Positions 62,351-64,000 of a stretch of DNA of 64,000 nt are shown piece by piece (position 1 is the stretch's first letter; each line of letters starts with the position of its first letter). Position numbers and translations under genes: made by a program. Below the pieces are notes generated by a model. The model ran no database searches. It saw only the letters and a list, made by a program, of their open reading frames with translations, and had not been told where the DNA came from. This DNA is from an uncultured Candidatus Saccharibacteria bacterium. GTDB lineage: Bacteria > Patescibacteriota > Doudnabacteria > UBA920. The stretch is taken from positions 97,842 through 161,841 of the forward strand of contig CAZDEP010000001.1 in the NCBI GenBank assembly GCA_964504715.1, in the 5' to 3' direction.

Positions 62351-64000
62351 TATGTATATAAAGGCAGGTTGCCGGTAAGTTCCTTAACTTTGGATTCGGC
62401 TCCAAAAACCAAAATCCCCAAATGTTCTATTTCTTCGTGCGGCTTTTGGGCAGTCCATTCAGCCACTTTCTTGTCATTGGTGGACTCCAGCATTTCTTTG
62501 GTAAATTCCGCAACCTCTAAACCGTGTTGTTTGGCTTGCTCGGCGAGCTTTTTAAGCTCCTGGTTGGAGGTGGCCGTTTTTATCATTATGGCGTAGCGGA
62601 TGTTGAGCTTAATGTTTTTTCCGTCTTTGGATTTTATTTCATCCTGGTGGAAAAGGTTGTGGCCTTTTTTTGTAATGCGCGCCGCAAATGCCGCGTTTAA
62701 ATGGGCGACAGTGTTAAGCTCTTTCCACGCCTCAAGCCCTGCATTTTTGCTAATAACAGCCACGGCCAGCAGGTTTTCTTTGGCTTTTGCCGGGCCCTTT
62801 GCAGCTTCTTTCATGAGCGGGAAAACCACAGTTTCGCGTATGGATTTGTCGGCCAAAATCGCAAACAGCCTTTCGGAAAGTCCAAAACCCGCGCATGGCG
62901 GCATGCCATATTCCATGGCTTCTACGTAGTGCTCGTCCAACATTTGAGCTTCCTCATCGCCGGCCGCCCTTAAAGACGCCTGCTCTTCAAACCTTAAGCG
63001 CTGGTCAACGGGGTCGTTAAGCTCGCCAAAGCCTTTGCCCAATTCCGTGCCGTAGGCAATTATTTGCATCCTTTGTACCAGCCTCGGGTTTTTAGGGTCG
63101 CGCTTGGCCAAAGGCTCCAATTCTATTGGTTGGTCGACAAGAAAAACCGGTTTTTGCGCCGGGATATTTTTACGGACTTCTTTGAAAATCAGGTCAATGA
63201 GCCTGCCCCGTCCGGCAAATGTCTCATATTTTAAATTATGGCTGTCGCAATATTTTTTTAAGTCCGCGTCTAATGCTGTAAGCAGGTCAATCCCTGTGTG
63301 TTTTTTAAAAATTTCAATATAGCTGACTTTTTCCCATTTTCCGCTCCAGTCAACCGTCTGTCCCCTTGCCGTAATAATTAGGGTGCCAAAAGTATCCTCG
63401 ATTATCTTTTGGTACATTTCGCGCACCAAATCCATCATTTCTTCAAAAGATGCATAGGCCCAGTAAAATTCCATCTGAGTGTAGTCCTGCAAATGTTCGG
63501 TAGAAATCCCCTCGTTTCGAAAAATGCGACCGATTTCAAAAACTTTTTCATACCCGGCAACCAGCATTTTTTTAAGCGGCAACTCTAGCGATATGCGTAA
63601 GTAAAAATCTTTATCCAGGGCGTTATGGTGGGTAATAAAAGGCCTGGCTTCGGCGCCACCGGTGGAGGACTCCAAAATTGGCATGTCAATATGCAAAAAA
63701 CCTTTCGCCTGCAAAAATTCCCTCATGCTGTTCCAAAAGCGGGCTTTTTTTATAAAAATTTCCCTGGCTTCAGGGTTAAGCAGTATGTCCAAATACCTTT
63801 TCCTTAAGCGTTCTTCTTCGTCCGCAAGGCCAAAGTGTTCGGAGGGAAGCGGAAGCAGGCTCTTAGCCAGTAACTTGTAGCCGCTAGCCGCTAAAGTCTT
63901 TTCACCGGTTTTAGTTTTAAAGAGGTTGCCCTCTATTTGGACAAAGTCGCCCAAGTCAAAATTTTTAACAAAAAATTTGTAAGTTTCGCCCAGGCCGTCC
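62350..64000 (-). CDS. lysS: Lysyl-tRNA synthetase (class II); N-terminus runs off the window end
   Basis: Class II motifs (FRNEG, GGAEARPF, CAGFGLSERL). Frame stays open upstream of the TTG at 63954 to position 64000, so the N-terminal OB domain continues beyond the window. Confidence 0.9.
   Translation of the reverse strand, partial: DGLGETYKFFVKNFDLGDFVQIEGNLFKTKTGEKTLAASGYKLLAKSLLPLPSEHFGLADEEERLRKRYLDILLNPEAREIFIKKARFWNSMREFLQAKGFLHIDMPILESSTGGAEARPFITHHNALDKDFYLRISLELPLKKMLVAGYEKVFEIGRIFRNEGISTEHLQDYTQMEFYWAYASFEEMMDLVREMYQKIIEDTFGTLIITARGQTVDWSGKWEKVSYIEIFKKHTGIDLLTALDADLKKYCDSHNLKYETFAGRGRLIDLIFKEVRKNIPAQKPVFLVDQPIELEPLAKRDPKNPRLVQRMQIIAYGTELGKGFGELNDPVDQRLRFEEQASLRAAGDEEAQMLDEHYVEAMEYGMPPCAGFGLSERLFAILADKSIRETVVFPLMKEAAKGPAKAKENLLAVAVISKNAGLEAWKELNTVAHLNAAFAARITKKGHNLFHQDEIKSKDGKNIKLNIRYAIMIKTATSNQELKKLAEQAKQHGLEVAEFTKEMLESTNDKKVAEWTAQKPHEEIEHLGILVFGAESKVKELTGNLPLYT

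Overview
This 64 kb window is a gene-dense stretch of core housekeeping loci from a small-genome bacterium. It carries about 62 protein-coding genes, four tRNAs (Thr-UGU, Trp-CCA, Tyr-GUA, Thr-GGU) and an unlisted 51-aa rpmG between two of them. The coding genes cover translation (gltX, def, fmt, tsf, rpsB, rpmE, prfA, prmC, rplY, thrS, cysS, serS, lysS, rplU, map), replication and repair (dnaE, dnaB, recR, rarA, hup, an AlkD-like protein) and the envelope (M23 peptidase, MltG, a SEDS FtsW/RodA protein, an FtsQ-like protein, a type IV pilin, and a surface-glycosylation cluster: one GT4 MraY/WecA-family, one processive GT2 and two GT39 PMT-like transferases). Many genes have no Shine-Dalgarno sequence. 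Gene content and the small hypothetical proteins suggest a Patescibacteria/CPR-like organism, but that is inference only. No CRISPR array, transposase, integrase or recognisable defence operon is present. Five non-coding signals stand out. (1) At least eight same-architecture leaders sit directly 5' of start codons; each is three short direct repeats, a centre, then three inverted copies, with a different unit sequence per element. (2) A roughly 630-nt island at 17415-18046 is GC-rich (about 65%) and hairpin-dense, has mutually exclusive stem pairings, ends in a strong intrinsic terminator, and lacks the tmRNA, RNase P and SRP signature motifs. (3) Palindromic elements are inserted in frame in recR and apparently in dnaE, resembling Rickettsia palindromic elements, and other palindromes are reused as terminators. 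(4) A conserved roughly 60-nt motif occurs twice. (5) The 3' end of tRNA-Trp is duplicated about 130 bp downstream. Two protein-level oddities are a WecG/TagA-NUDIX fusion and tandem DEDDh exonuclease paralogs wedged between def and fmt.
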